Shown here piece after piece: positions 1 to 9,567 of a DNA stretch of 64,000 nt. The stretch's first letter is position 1. The number at the start of each line of letters is the position of its first letter. The stretch comes from Erysipelotrichaceae bacterium (lineage in GTDB: Bacteria > Bacillota_I > Bacilli_A > Erysipelotrichales > Erysipelotrichaceae). Under the pieces are notes generated by a model, which was not told the origin of the DNA, did not search any database, and was given only the letters and a program-made list of their open reading frames with translations. The stretch is taken from positions 30,934 to 94,933 of the forward strand of contig JAUNEN010000001.1 of the NCBI GenBank assembly GCA_030525525.1, written 5' to 3'. A program made the translations under genes and the position numbers.

Positions 1-343
1 TGGATGCATTGTCAGGACGTGTTTCACTGTAGAATGCATACGGATCAGCCTTGTATAAGAGATGACCCTGAGCATCCTCAATCTGATATTTATAGGATTC
101 CCATTCCTTGACTCCGCTGATGAACACACTCCAGATTCCGGTATATCCGGTCGGCTCCATATCGACAGGGTTATATCCCCAGCCGGTGAACGAACCGATG
201 ACGCTGACCTTTCTGGCATGCGGCGCATAAACGGTAAAACGGACTCCTTCACTGCCTTCATATGAAAAATGCGCACCAAAAAAACGATACGCATCTATGC
301 AATGTCCGCGATGAAAGCTGTCTATGATCTTCCCGTGATCCAT
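1..343 (-). CDS. glgB: 1,4-alpha-glucan branching enzyme, N-terminal part (runs off the window's left edge; absent from ORF track)
   Basis: Manual minus-strand translation from ATG at 343 (AGGAGA SD upstream): MDHGKIIDSFHRGHCIDAYRFFGAHF...GVRFTVYAPHARKVSVIGSFTGW...YKYQI...KADPYAFYSETRP, the GlgB CBM48-region signature. Confidence 0.9.
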   Translation of the reverse strand, partial: MDHGKIIDSFHRGHCIDAYRFFGAHFSYEGSEGVRFTVYAPHARKVSVIGSFTGWGYNPVDMEPTGYTGIWSVFISGVKEWESYKYQIEDAQGHLLYKADPYAFYSETRPDNAS

Positions 344-413
344 AAAGATTCTCCTGAAACCAACATCGATGAATAATTCACACTTAAAAAACTCACCTCT
401 GTTAAGCTGTCAA

Positions 414-442
414 AGTATACCCTATTATCCCGAAAATCTCAA
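414..442 (-). promoter_or_regulatory. SigA-type promoter of glgB
   Basis: Minus strand TTGAGA (442-437), 17-nt spacer, TATACT (419-414), upstream of the glgB start. Confidence 0.65.
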
Positions 443-622
443 TGTTTCAAAAGTAAAAAATCGGTGAACTTTTGCGCCGCAGAATTCGCCGAAAGGATTT
501 TTTGCCAGTAAAACACTGATGTTTTGAACAAATCGGAAAAGTGCAATTTTATTCATGTATGGAAGTATTCTTTCCGTTCATAAACAGAACCGCTTCATTT
601 CACCGCATTTCACACAAATATC

Positions 623-654
623 AAAAAAGATGCCGCCTTTTCAGCAGCATCTTT
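623..654 (-). terminator. Intrinsic terminator after pgm
   Basis: AAAGATGCTGC-loop-GCGGCATCTTT followed by a T-run on the minus strand. Confidence 0.75.
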
Positions 655-678
655 AACAGTTGATTCAGAATCTTAAAC

Positions 679-2361
679 TCAGGAGAGGATCGGCTTGCAG
701 GCTTCAGCCAGGGCATCCTTTTCAGCCTGTGCTTCAGCGAGATCCTTGCCCAGTGTTGTGAAGTATGTCTTGACCTTCGGCTCTGTTCCGGAAGGACGGA
801 CGATGACAGTTGCACCATCTTCAAGACCATAGATCAGAACGTTAGCCTTAGGCAGTCCTGTTTCTTCCGGCTTGAGGTAGTCTGTAACCTTGACAACAGC
901 TTTTCCTGCGAATTCTTTCGGCGGATTTGCACGGAGGCCTTCCATGATGGAAGCCATCTTGTCCATACCTGAAAGTCCCGGGAATTCAAAGCTGTCAACC
1001 TTGTTCAGGTAACGGCCGTACTGAGCATAGATTTCTTCCAGTCTCTGCTTGATGGAGGAACCGATGCTTCTGTAGTAAGCAGCCATTTCGCAGATCAGCA
1101 TACTGCCGATGACAGCGTCCTTGTCACGGACATACGGTCCTGCCAGATAGCCGTAGCTCTCTTCGAAACCGAAGATGAATCTGTCGACTTCGCCGGCAGC
1201 TTCGAGCTGAGCGATCTGATCACCGATCCACTTGAAGCCGGTCAGTGTATGACGGAGTTCAACACCATAGTGTTCAGCAACCTTGTCAGCAAGCGGTGTG
1301 GAAACGATGGACATGACAGCAACAGGCTTTTCAGGCATTGTGCCCTTTTCGATTCTTCCTGCGCAGATGTAATCCAGCAGCAATACGCCCATTTCATTAC
1401 CTGAAACGAGTTCATATGTTCCGTCCGGACACTTCATGGCGATACCGACACGGTCAGCGTCAGGGTCGGTTGCGAGCATGAGGTCAGCGCCGACTTCCTT
1501 CGCCAGTTCGAGACCCTTCTGCAGAGCTTCGAAGATTTCAGGGTTCGGATACGGGCATGTTGTGAAGTAGCCGTTCGGATATTCCTGTTCGGGAACGATT
1601 GTGATATCAGTGATACCCATATCGTTGAGAACATGAGTAACCGGTACAAGACCTGTTCCGTTGAGCGGAGAGTAGACAAGCTTGAGACCTGCAGTCTTGC
1701 AGAGGCCCGGTCTCACCTGTCTTGCTTCGATTGCAGCATAGAATGCATCGAGGCAGTCGTTTCCGACGAATTTGATCAGTCCCTTTTCAACGCCTTCAGC
1801 GAAGCTGATATATTTTGCGCCGGTCAGGACGTCTGTCTTCTGAATGGAATCATAGACAACAGCGGCAGCGTCGTCTGTCATCTGGCATCCATCCGGTCCG
1901 TATGCCTTGAAGCCGTTGTACTTTGCAGGGTTGTGCGAAGCAGTGATCATGATACCTGCATTGCAGTTGTAGTAACGGGTTGCGAAGCTTAATGCAGGTA
2001 CGGGCATCAGCTCGTCATAGATTCTGACGTTGATTCCGTTGGCTGCCAGAACGCCGGCAGCGTCTCTTGCAAAGTTCCAGCCCTTCAGACGGCTGTCATA
2101 GGAAATGGCAACAGTCTGTGTTCCGCCCTGTGTGAGAACCCAGTCGGCGACGCCCTGTGTTGCCTGTCTGACAACCCAGATATTCATTCTGTTTGTTCCG
2201 GCGCCGAGAGTTCCGCGCAGACCTGCAGTACCGAATTTCAGGGCAACTGCAAATCTCTCCTTGATCTCATCATCATTGTCAGCGATGCCGAGCAGTTCAG
2301 GCTTCAGGTCGCAGTCCTTAAGATCTGCTTCAAGCCAGCGTTTGTACTCATCAAGATACAT
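679..2361 (-). CDS. pgm: Phosphoglucomutase/phosphomannomutase (alpha-D-phosphohexomutase family)
   Basis: FGTAGLRG, ITASHNP phosphoserine loop, DPDADR metal loop, FEESYG, RPSGTEPK. Start moved from 2382 to 2361 on GAGAGG SD spacing. Confidence 0.93.
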   Translation of the reverse strand: MYLDEYKRWLEADLKDCDLKPELLGIADNDDEIKERFAVALKFGTAGLRGTLGAGTNRMNIWVVRQATQGVADWVLTQGGTQTVAISYDSRLKGWNFARDAAGVLAANGINVRIYDELMPVPALSFATRYYNCNAGIMITASHNPAKYNGFKAYGPDGCQMTDDAAAVVYDSIQKTDVLTGAKYISFAEGVEKGLIKFVGNDCLDAFYAAIEARQVRPGLCKTAGLKLVYSPLNGTGLVPVTHVLNDMGITDITIVPEQEYPNGYFTTCPYPNPEIFEALQKGLELAKEVGADLMLATDPDADRVGIAMKCPDGTYELVSGNEMGVLLLDYICAGRIEKGTMPEKPVAVMSIVSTPLADKVAEHYGVELRHTLTGFKWIGDQIAQLEAAGEVDRFIFGFEESYGYLAGPYVRDKDAVIGSMLICEMAAYYRSIGSSIKQRLEEIYAQYGRYLNKVDSFEFPGLSGMDKMASIMEGLRANPPKEFAGKAVVKVTDYLKPEETGLPKANVLIYGLEDGATVIVRPSGTEPKVKTYFTTLGKDLAEAQAEKDALAEACKPILS

Positions 2362-2404
2362 TTGTTTCATCCTCTCTTTCAAATTATCATGAATTATGAT
2401 TTGG

Positions 2405-2437
2405 AAAAAAAGGAGACGCTCAGAGCGCCTCCTCTTT
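2405..2437 (-). terminator. Intrinsic terminator after ptsH
   Basis: AGGAGGCGCT-CTG-AGCGTCTCCT followed by a T-run on the minus strand. Confidence 0.75.
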
Positions 2438-2452
2438 AATAGTCAACTTTAA

Positions 2453-2719
2453 TTAAGCGATGACTTTCTGAGCACGAAGTACATCTTCAATTGTCTGGAC
2501 AGCGACATCTTCGTCTTCACCCTCACAGGATACTGTGATTTCGGACTGTGTCGGGATACCCAGGGACATAACGCCCATGATGGACTTCATGTTGACTGTA
2601 CGGCCCTTATAGGAAACCTTAACTTCACTCTTAAACTTGCTGGCTGCGTTAACTGCAACTGTAGCAGGACGTGCGTGTAATCCGACAGGGTCAATAACTG
2701 TAACTGAAATCTGTTTCAT
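2453..2719 (-). CDS. ptsH: Phosphocarrier protein HPr
   Basis: 88 aa; GLHARPA (His15) and NMKSIMGVMSLGI (Ser46) motifs; GGAGG SD. Confidence 0.97.
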   Translation of the reverse strand: MKQISVTVIDPVGLHARPATVAVNAASKFKSEVKVSYKGRTVNMKSIMGVMSLGIPTQSEITVSCEGEDEDVAVQTIEDVLRAQKVIA

Positions 2720-2753
2720 TATTAATTTTACCTCCCATTCATTGACTATCTGT

Positions 2754-2791
2754 ATTTTAATACATCACTGACTAACCCGCAAGCGGTTACA
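2754..2791 (-). promoter_or_regulatory. ptsH promoter with overlapping cre-like site
   Basis: TTGCGG (2782-2777), 17 nt, TAAAAT (2759-2754); TGTAACCGCTTGCG (2791-2778) fits WTGNAANCGNWNNCW except the last base. Confidence 0.55.
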
Positions 2792-2821
2792 TTTATTTTT
2801 AAAATCACCGCTTCATGCAGG

Positions 2822-4336
2822 TCAGTCTGCCTTCTTTTCGCGGATATTCCAGTTGTAGCGGCAGTAAAGCTTCATTTTCTCACTCAGCTTCGCACTGATT
2901 TCAGGATCAAAGCATCCCGGCAGAGCGCGCCACGTCCATGGTGTATGCTTTCCGGAAGGGTCATTGAAGCGTGCTTCGCTGCCAAGCTCAAGCAGATCCT
3001 GCATCTGCACCATCGCAAGATCGGACTGACAGCTGTATAAAGCTCTTAACATGCCCCATGTGAAGCCCTCTTCCTTGTTCAGGCCGAGATACTCGGATGC
3101 ACGTTCGATTCTGCCTTTGTTTTCCTTTGCTTTCTTCCAGCCGCACAATGTGTCATTGTCATGGGTGCCGGTATAGGCAACCGAGTTCTTTTCATACTGG
3201 AACGGCATATAATATCCGCCCGGATCATTGGGATCAAAGGCATACTGAAGAATCTTCATGCCCGGCTGTCCGCTTTCCCTGACCGCTGCCTTGAGCTCAT
3301 CGGTGAGCTGGCCGAGATCTTCAAGAATCAACTGCTTGCCGCCGAGCTTCTGTTCCATCCTGCGGAAAACATCAAGACCCGGTCCCTGACGCCAGTGGCC
3401 GTTTGACGCATCCGGATCATTTGCCGGAACAGCGAAATAGGAAAGATATCCCTGGAAGTGATCGATTCTGATCACATCGACAACTCTTGAGAGGAAAGCA
3501 ACTCTGTCAATCCACCACTCATAGTCTGTATTGCGGAGGTAATCCCAGTTGATCAGAGGATTGCCCCACTTCTGTCCTTTCGGATGAGCCCCATCCGGTC
3601 CGAATCCGGATACATAAAGCAGATTGTTGTTATGATCCATTTCAAAGACTTCCGGATGCGACCAGACATCGATGGAGTCGGCGGCGATATAAAACGGCAG
3701 ATCGCCGATGATTTTGATTCCCCGCTCTGTTGCATACTTCTTCACTTTCATCAGCTGCCTGAAGAAGAGATACTGAACGCGCTGCCAGAAGATCACTTCA
3801 TCTGCCAGTTCATAAGCTTTCGCGGCTGTCTCAGCGCTGTCATGACGGCGCAGCTGCTGCGGCCATTTCTGCCACGGTTCGCCTTTCTGATCGGTTTTGA
3901 TGGCCATGAATACGGCATAATCTCTGATCCATGCCTTTTCTCTTTCGAGGAATTCAAAATACTCCTGCGGATGCACGAAGCACAGACGGTCCGCTGCCTT
4001 GCGCAGCACTTTGTTTCTTTCGTTGTAAAGCAGTCCGTAATCAACCGCATCGGCTTTCTTCTGCCATTTGACGGATGTGATTTCTTCTTTGTTCAGAAGT
4101 CCGTCTTCCACCAACTCATCCAGGTCAATGAGGTAGGTACTGCCGGCATATGAGGAAAGCGCCTGATACGGTGAATTTCCGAATCCGGTCGGTCCCAGCG
4201 GCAGAATCTGCCAGTAAGTCTGACCTGCATCAGCCAGAAAATCAATAAAGTCAATTGCGGCTTTGCCCAGCGTTCCGACTCCGTATGGAGAAGGAAGCGA
4301 TGTGACGGGCATCAGCACACCTGCACTGCGAATCAT
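2822..4336 (-). CDS. malQ: 4-alpha-glucanotransferase (amylomaltase, GH77)
   Basis: GVLMPVTSLP, WQILPLGPTG..SPY, RIDHF, ILEDLG, YTGTHDNDT motifs. Confidence 0.95.
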   Translation of the reverse strand: MIRSAGVLMPVTSLPSPYGVGTLGKAAIDFIDFLADAGQTYWQILPLGPTGFGNSPYQALSSYAGSTYLIDLDELVEDGLLNKEEITSVKWQKKADAVDYGLLYNERNKVLRKAADRLCFVHPQEYFEFLEREKAWIRDYAVFMAIKTDQKGEPWQKWPQQLRRHDSAETAAKAYELADEVIFWQRVQYLFFRQLMKVKKYATERGIKIIGDLPFYIAADSIDVWSHPEVFEMDHNNNLLYVSGFGPDGAHPKGQKWGNPLINWDYLRNTDYEWWIDRVAFLSRVVDVIRIDHFQGYLSYFAVPANDPDASNGHWRQGPGLDVFRRMEQKLGGKQLILEDLGQLTDELKAAVRESGQPGMKILQYAFDPNDPGGYYMPFQYEKNSVAYTGTHDNDTLCGWKKAKENKGRIERASEYLGLNKEEGFTWGMLRALYSCQSDLAMVQMQDLLELGSEARFNDPSGKHTPWTWRALPGCFDPEISAKLSEKMKLYCRYNWNIREKKAD

Positions 4337-4401
4337 GATGAAACCCCCTTAAACATATGACCTATTGTACCAAAAAAGGCAGTACTTGCGTTAACTGCCT
4401 C

Positions 4402-4878
4402 TTATTTGTGATACGGTTCATTGCGTCTGATTCTGAATGAGCGGTAAATCTGTTCGAGAACAACGATACGGCATAACTGATGGGGAAAGGTCGCATCGGA
4501 CAGCTTCCAGCGGAAATCTGCCCTCTCAATCAGCTTTCTGCTTAAGCCAAGCGATCCGCCGATCACAAAATCAATCTTGTTTTTTGAGGTGTTGTAGAGC
4601 ATTTCCATATGATCCGCAAGAGCTTCCGATGTCAGATTCCTGCCGGCAAGATCCAGCAGAATGACATAATCATCATCCCTGATCTGCCTGAGGATGCGCT
4701 CTCCTTCAATATTTTTCACCTGCTCGTTTTCAGCCGGTGAATTGGTTTCAGGTGCCTTCTCATCAGCAACTTCAATGACTTCAATTCTGTCATAGGGACG
4801 GATTCTTTCAGCATATTCGTCAATGCCCTGCTTCATCCATCCTTTTTTCACCTTGCCGCAGGCGATGATCCGGATCAT
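4402..4878 (-). CDS. rlmH: 23S rRNA (pseudouridine1915-N3)-methyltransferase
   Basis: FVIGGSLGL, LSDATFPHQL..VVLEQIYR, EPYHK C-terminus. Confidence 0.96.
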   Translation of the reverse strand: MIRIIACGKVKKGWMKQGIDEYAERIRPYDRIEVIEVADEKAPETNSPAENEQVKNIEGERILRQIRDDDYVILLDLAGRNLTSEALADHMEMLYNTSKNKIDFVIGGSLGLSRKLIERADFRWKLSDATFPHQLCRIVVLEQIYRSFRIRRNEPYHK

Positions 4879-5918
4879 TGCAGACTCACGCTCACTTCCG
4901 AATTTTCACCGGCTCTCTGAACGGTGAAGATGACTGTGTCGCCGCTCATATGGTCATAGAGCATTTCTCTGAGTGCTTCTTCATCGGTGATTTCCTGACC
5001 GTCCATTTTCAGCAGAAGATCTCCTTCCTGCAGAATTCCGGAGCAGGGCGAATTTTCAGGAATACCTGTCACCAATACACCCGAAGTCACATCGAGCTTG
5101 ATGCTGCGCTCGCTCTTTTCGTATGCACGCATGTTTGCAATGCTGCGGTAGCTGAGCGACAGAGCACCCCTTTCCACCTTTCCGGATGTGATGAATTCAT
5201 CAAAGAGCAGTTTCATTTCATTGACGCCAATCGCAAATGCCATCCTGTCGCTGCCGGTTTTGCCGACCAGCATTCCGATCAGCTGACCGCCGACATTCAG
5301 CAAAGGTCCACCAAGCATATCAGCCGTGACGATGGCATCCACATCGATTGTGCTTGCCGCCCAGTTACTGCCGGCATCGATTTTCCGATAGGCAGGTCTG
5401 GAAATGATGCCGAAGCTCATCGGTGCGCTGTTGCTGAAAATACTCCGGCCGCCCATTGCCGCCGCATATTCACCCTGACGGATGACGGCACTGCTGCCGC
5501 TTCTCATTAAAGTGACCTCAAAAGGCGGCTGAATTCTCAATAATGAAACCTCGCATTCGTGATCGGAAGCGACAAGTTCTGCTTTGACGGTTGCGCTGCT
5601 GTCAAAGGTGACGGTCAGTCCGCCCTCATCAAAGCCCTGCTGCTCGGTGGTGAAGATATAAACGCTGTCATCATCTCTGGCATAGACAATGCCGCTGGCT
5701 GTACGGCGTAAGCCGCTCACCTGCGAATTCACCGTGACGATCGAGCTTCTGACATTTTCAGCCATTTCAGAAATATCGGTTGAATAGTCGACAACGACAT
5801 TCTCGGTTGTATTGCCGTTGGTATCCTTCTGTCTGGCCGGTCTTTCAGCAATGAAACAGGTCAGAATGACGTTCCATACCAATAAAACAGCTAACGCTGC
5901 CAGGATCCATTTCTTCAT
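4875..5918 (-). CDS. HtrA/S1C-like membrane protein with PDZ domain, catalytically degenerate
   Basis: N-terminal TM helix, trypsin-like core, C-terminal PDZ (LQEGDLLLKMDGQEI); the usual TNxH, DLAV and GNSGG motifs read TTEQ, EVSL and DMLGG. Start 5918 from AAAGGA SD. Confidence 0.85.
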   Translation of the reverse strand: MKKWILAALAVLLVWNVILTCFIAERPARQKDTNGNTTENVVVDYSTDISEMAENVRSSIVTVNSQVSGLRRTASGIVYARDDDSVYIFTTEQQGFDEGGLTVTFDSSATVKAELVASDHECEVSLLRIQPPFEVTLMRSGSSAVIRQGEYAAAMGGRSIFSNSAPMSFGIISRPAYRKIDAGSNWAASTIDVDAIVTADMLGGPLLNVGGQLIGMLVGKTGSDRMAFAIGVNEMKLLFDEFITSGKVERGALSLSYRSIANMRAYEKSERSIKLDVTSGVLVTGIPENSPCSGILQEGDLLLKMDGQEITDEEALREMLYDHMSGDTVIFTVQRAGENSEVSVSLQ

Positions 5919-6669
5919 CTTCAAATCCTTTCCGAATCATTTCATGCTGACCGGCCGCTGCCAGTACCAGCTTTTCATTCATTCTTTCTCTGCATTCATC
6001 CAGCAGGAGTGCCCTTGAAGTTTCAAGTGCCTTTTCACGGGTGTTGGCCTCCTCTGAAATATGGGCAAGAATGATCATTTTAGTTTTGGGTGAGATGATC
6101 TGTTTCAATACCTCTGCACAGTCTTCATTGCAAAGATGCCCCTGATCGCTGTAAATGCGGTATTTGAGAAACTGGGGACGTCTGGTTGCCATCAGCATCG
6201 ACACATCGTGATTGGATTCCAGAACAATATAATCAGCATCTTTCAGATACGGAATGTAATTCTGATTCACATATCCCGTATCGGTGATATAGACAAGCTT
6301 TTCAATCCCGTCCTCAATCACATATCCAACCGTTGAAGGTGCATCGTGCGACAGTGCAAGCGGTGTGATTTTCATTGTTTCGATAAAAAACGGATGCATC
6401 GGCGTCACGTGAAAGCAATCGATTCCGTCAATCTCCACCGGTGAATAAACCGGCAGATCGCCGAAGTGTCTGATCTGTGAGATGTGATCGCTGTGATCGT
6501 GTGTGATCAGAAGCGCATCGATCTCATTTTTTGACACATGGATCTTTTCCAGTGAGGAAAACAGATACTTTTTCGTTGTGCCGCAATCGATCATGATGAC
6601 GCCGGTTCCGTCCCTCAGAACAAAGCTGTTGCCTTTGGAACCTGAGGCAAGAAGTGCAAATTCCATCAT
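5845..6669 (-). CDS. walJ: WalJ/YycJ-type metallo-beta-lactamase-fold hydrolase
   Basis: LASGSKGN start, THDHSDH (HxHxDH), LSHDA, TDTG, LESNHD, GHLCN, LAHIS; walJ-htrA-rlmH order. Confidence 0.85.
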   Translation of the reverse strand: MMEFALLASGSKGNSFVLRDGTGVIMIDCGTTKKYLFSSLEKIHVSKNEIDALLITHDHSDHISQIRHFGDLPVYSPVEIDGIDCFHVTPMHPFFIETMKITPLALSHDAPSTVGYVIEDGIEKLVYITDTGYVNQNYIPYLKDADYIVLESNHDVSMLMATRRPQFLKYRIYSDQGHLCNEDCAEVLKQIISPKTKMIILAHISEEANTREKALETSRALLLDECRERMNEKLVLAAAGQHEMIRKGFEDEEMDPGSVSCFIGMERHSDLFHC

Positions 6670-8201
6670 CCTGCCGGCACCGCCTCGCAGCCAAGATACC
6701 CGCTGCACGCATCCAGAGGATTCATGAAATCCTCATCACCATCCGCCAGCACCATGAAGTGAACATGCGGCCCGGTCGCAAGACCTGTCATGCCGATATG
6801 GCCGATGACATCGCCTTTTCTGACAATGTCCCCGACTTTGAGTTCACTTGGCTCCTGCAGATGGCCGTAGTAAGTCATCACGCCGTTGTTATGGTTGATG
6901 ATGATGTAATAGCCGTTGATGAATGTATAGCTGTTGACCTGAACCACACCGGTATCAGCTGCATAGACATCGCCCCAGCGGTCATACTGGTTGATGAAGT
7001 CTGTTCCGTTATGTCCCCAATAGCATCCGATTCTGCAGGTAATGGCCGGATTGTCCACCGGGTAGCGCATATTGCCGGTACCGACATTGGGCTGCTGCAT
7101 CGTTCCCACCGCAATCACTTCGGTGGTCGGGGCAGTGATTTCAACACTTGACTGTTCAGTACCGCTGACCAGAACGCCATTGATCCATTTCTCGTTATAA
7201 AGAACATTTCTTGATCCGTTGACGCCGGTCTGTCTCACCTGTGATTCGCCGATCAGCAGCGTTTCATCTTCGACATAGGATGTTTCATAGTAAACCGGCA
7301 CAAGACGGAGTGATTCTTTTGTCACAACAACATCAATCGGCGATTCGAAATATGTGACGCATAACTGATCGCCCTCTTCAAGAACCTGATCGGTTGAGCT
7401 GATCTTGTCACGGTTGATATTCATGATCTGGGTGGCGGAAAGACCGTGGTTTTTCGCGCCGACACCGGCGACTGAATCGTATTTCTGAACGGTATAGTAT
7501 TCACGCTCCGTATTGGAACCGTATTTGAGATATTCAAGAATCTCCTCTTTGGTGCTCATGATTTCGTCCGGTGACGCATAATCCTTGCCCATGGTAACCC
7601 GCTGGGTGACCGAAATGCCGGTATCCTGCGAGCCGTAGGAAGTCAATGAAGGAATCACATCCCCGTTGCGCATCGAGGTCAGAGATTGTGAATCGGTGAA
7701 GTTGAGAATGTATTCATTGAATGCTGTCTGATAAAGCTCTTCGCTTGCCACATAGATTCTTGAATAGACGCCTTCATCATCCGAAAAGCTGACCGATGTT
7801 GCCTCAAGGGTATAAAGAGAATTCTGATCCAGATAATTGATGATTGCTTCATCCGCATCCGTATAGTCCAGATAGCTCTGCTCGCTGGTCATATACATGT
7901 CATCGGCAAGATAGACTGCGGAATCCGGATAGTCCTGCTGATAGCGTGTCCGGTACACCTGCTTCATATGTCTCATCAGGCGGTTTTCATCGCGGACAAT
8001 GCCGATCAGTTCACCCTTCTCATACAGCGGATGAATCACTTCGGGCGAGGTGAGAATTCTTTCTGCCTGCTGATCAAACAGTCCGACCTTCCCCGACTGA
8101 TCGATTTTCTTCGGTGAATCAACACCGCTTAATCCCGGCAGAAAGACAACAATCAAAACAGCCGCAATCATACATAACAATGCCGTTAAAAATTTTTTCA
8201 C
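6666..8201 (-). CDS. M23 peptidoglycan endopeptidase with LysM and G5 domains
   Basis: N-terminal anchor; LysM (YTVQKYDSV...LSATQIMNIN); G5 (VRQTGVNG...EVIAVGT); M23 Zn motifs HNGTD, YGHL, GPHVHF. GTG start. Confidence 0.9.
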   Translation of the reverse strand: MKKFLTALLCMIAAVLIVVFLPGLSGVDSPKKIDQSGKVGLFDQQAERILTSPEVIHPLYEKGELIGIVRDENRLMRHMKQVYRTRYQQDYPDSAVYLADDMYMTSEQSYLDYTDADEAIINYLDQNSLYTLEATSVSFSDDEGVYSRIYVASEELYQTAFNEYILNFTDSQSLTSMRNGDVIPSLTSYGSQDTGISVTQRVTMGKDYASPDEIMSTKEEILEYLKYGSNTEREYYTVQKYDSVAGVGAKNHGLSATQIMNINRDKISSTDQVLEEGDQLCVTYFESPIDVVVTKESLRLVPVYYETSYVEDETLLIGESQVRQTGVNGSRNVLYNEKWINGVLVSGTEQSSVEITAPTTEVIAVGTMQQPNVGTGNMRYPVDNPAITCRIGCYWGHNGTDFINQYDRWGDVYAADTGVVQVNSYTFINGYYIIINHNNGVMTYYGHLQEPSELKVGDIVRKGDVIGHIGMTGLATGPHVHFMVLADGDEDFMNPLDACSGYLGCEAVPAG

Positions 8202-8218
8202 GGGCTGTCTTCCTTTCC

Positions 8219-9565
8219 TTACTGATCTTTCGAAATATTGTAAAGTGCGTTGGTGGCGCCTTCAAAGGCGAGATAAATCTTGCGGACGGCACCGTTTCTG
8301 TGCTTTGCAATGTTGATTTCAAGGCGCTCTGTGCCTTCTTTCTGAGCCTGCTCACGGAGTGCTTCATCATAATAAGCTTCTCTGAACAGCATCATGACAA
8401 TATCGGCATCCTGCTCGATCGCACCTGATTCACGCAGGTCGGAAAGCATCGGATGCTTGTTGTCACGCGCTTCAACGCTTCGGCTTAACTGCGACAGTGC
8501 AATGACAGGCACATGGAGCTCTCTCGCCAGACCCTTGAGGCTTCGGGAGATTTCCGAAACTTCCTGCTGTCTGTTTTCGCCGCGGGTATTTGAACCGGTG
8601 ATCAGCTGAATATAGTCGATCATGATCAGGTTCAGACCGTGCTCCGCCTGCAGACGGCGGCATTTGGAGAAGATCTCCGGAACCTTGATGCCGGCGGTGT
8701 CATCGATAAAGATATTGGCCATCTTCAGTTCGCCTGCCGCCTCATTCAGTCTGTTCCAGTCTGAATCAGACAGACGGCCGGTTCTCAGCTTGTCGCCTTC
8801 CAGATGGCTTTTTGCGCTCAAAAGACGCATTGCCAGCTGATCGGCACCCATTTCAAGCGAGAAAATGGCAACAGCTCCCTTGGGCTGATATTGGGCAACA
8901 TTCATTGCCAGGTTCAGAGCAACCGCGGTTTTACCCATGGCCGGACGGGCGGCCAATACGACAAGATCGCCTCTCTGAAAGCCATGCAGTGTATGATCCA
9001 GATCCGTGAATCCGGTTTTAAGACCGGTAATATCGGTCCGGTTGTCTGACATTTTCTGAATCTTGTCAAGAGCCTCTGCCATCAGTTCGGGTGAATTGTG
9101 GAATTCACCGGTACGGCGGTTTCTTGACACTTCCAGAATTGATTTTTCGGCATGGTCGAGGAATTCATTGATATCCGGCTGGCCGCTGAAGCCTTCTTCC
9201 ACAACTTCTTCGGCAGCTGCGATCATTTTGCGCATGATCGCCTTTTCATGAATCAGCTCGACATAGCTTTTGGTATTTGCGCTTGTAATTGCCGCTTCCG
9301 ACAGATCCGTCAGGTAGTCAAGGCCGCCGCTCTTGTCCAGAAGCTCAAGATCGGTGAGTCTTGTTGCCACGGTTGTCAGATCAATCGGCGTACCGCTTTT
9401 ATACAGACTTTCGCAGGCCTGGAAAATACGGCGGTTTGCGTCGATGAAAAAATCATCTTCATTCAGGCCCTCCTCCATTGCCAGCCTTGCGGCATTGGGG
9501 TAGACCATCATTGTGCCGAGCAGGCTCGCTTCCGCTTCCGGAGCGGACGGGAGGACTCTGGGCAT
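8219..9565 (-). CDS. dnaB: Replicative DNA helicase
   Basis: AARPAMGKT Walker A, FSLEM, IDYIQL, LSQLSR, DLRESGAIEQDAD, KHRNG. Confidence 0.97.
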   Translation of the reverse strand: MPRVLPSAPEAEASLLGTMMVYPNAARLAMEEGLNEDDFFIDANRRIFQACESLYKSGTPIDLTTVATRLTDLELLDKSGGLDYLTDLSEAAITSANTKSYVELIHEKAIMRKMIAAAEEVVEEGFSGQPDINEFLDHAEKSILEVSRNRRTGEFHNSPELMAEALDKIQKMSDNRTDITGLKTGFTDLDHTLHGFQRGDLVVLAARPAMGKTAVALNLAMNVAQYQPKGAVAIFSLEMGADQLAMRLLSAKSHLEGDKLRTGRLSDSDWNRLNEAAGELKMANIFIDDTAGIKVPEIFSKCRRLQAEHGLNLIMIDYIQLITGSNTRGENRQQEVSEISRSLKGLARELHVPVIALSQLSRSVEARDNKHPMLSDLRESGAIEQDADIVMMLFREAYYDEALREQAQKEGTERLEINIAKHRNGAVRKIYLAFEGATNALYNISKDQ

Positions 9566-9567
9566 TT

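Noticed and set aside
62-265. 67-aa plus-strand ORF in the track
   Set aside because: Antisense shadow of glgB, which is clearly encoded on the minus strand.
344-620. Long intergenic region upstream of glgB as a possible riboswitch or sRNA
   Set aside because: No T-box or riboswitch consensus recognised; explained by the pgm terminator and glgB promoter. A covariance-model search was not run.
4402-4420. rlmH 3' end resembles the SCCmec-type attB (GAACCGTATCACAAATAA)
   Set aside because: Followed within about 65 bp by malQ; no recombinase, direct repeat or cargo, so the site is empty.
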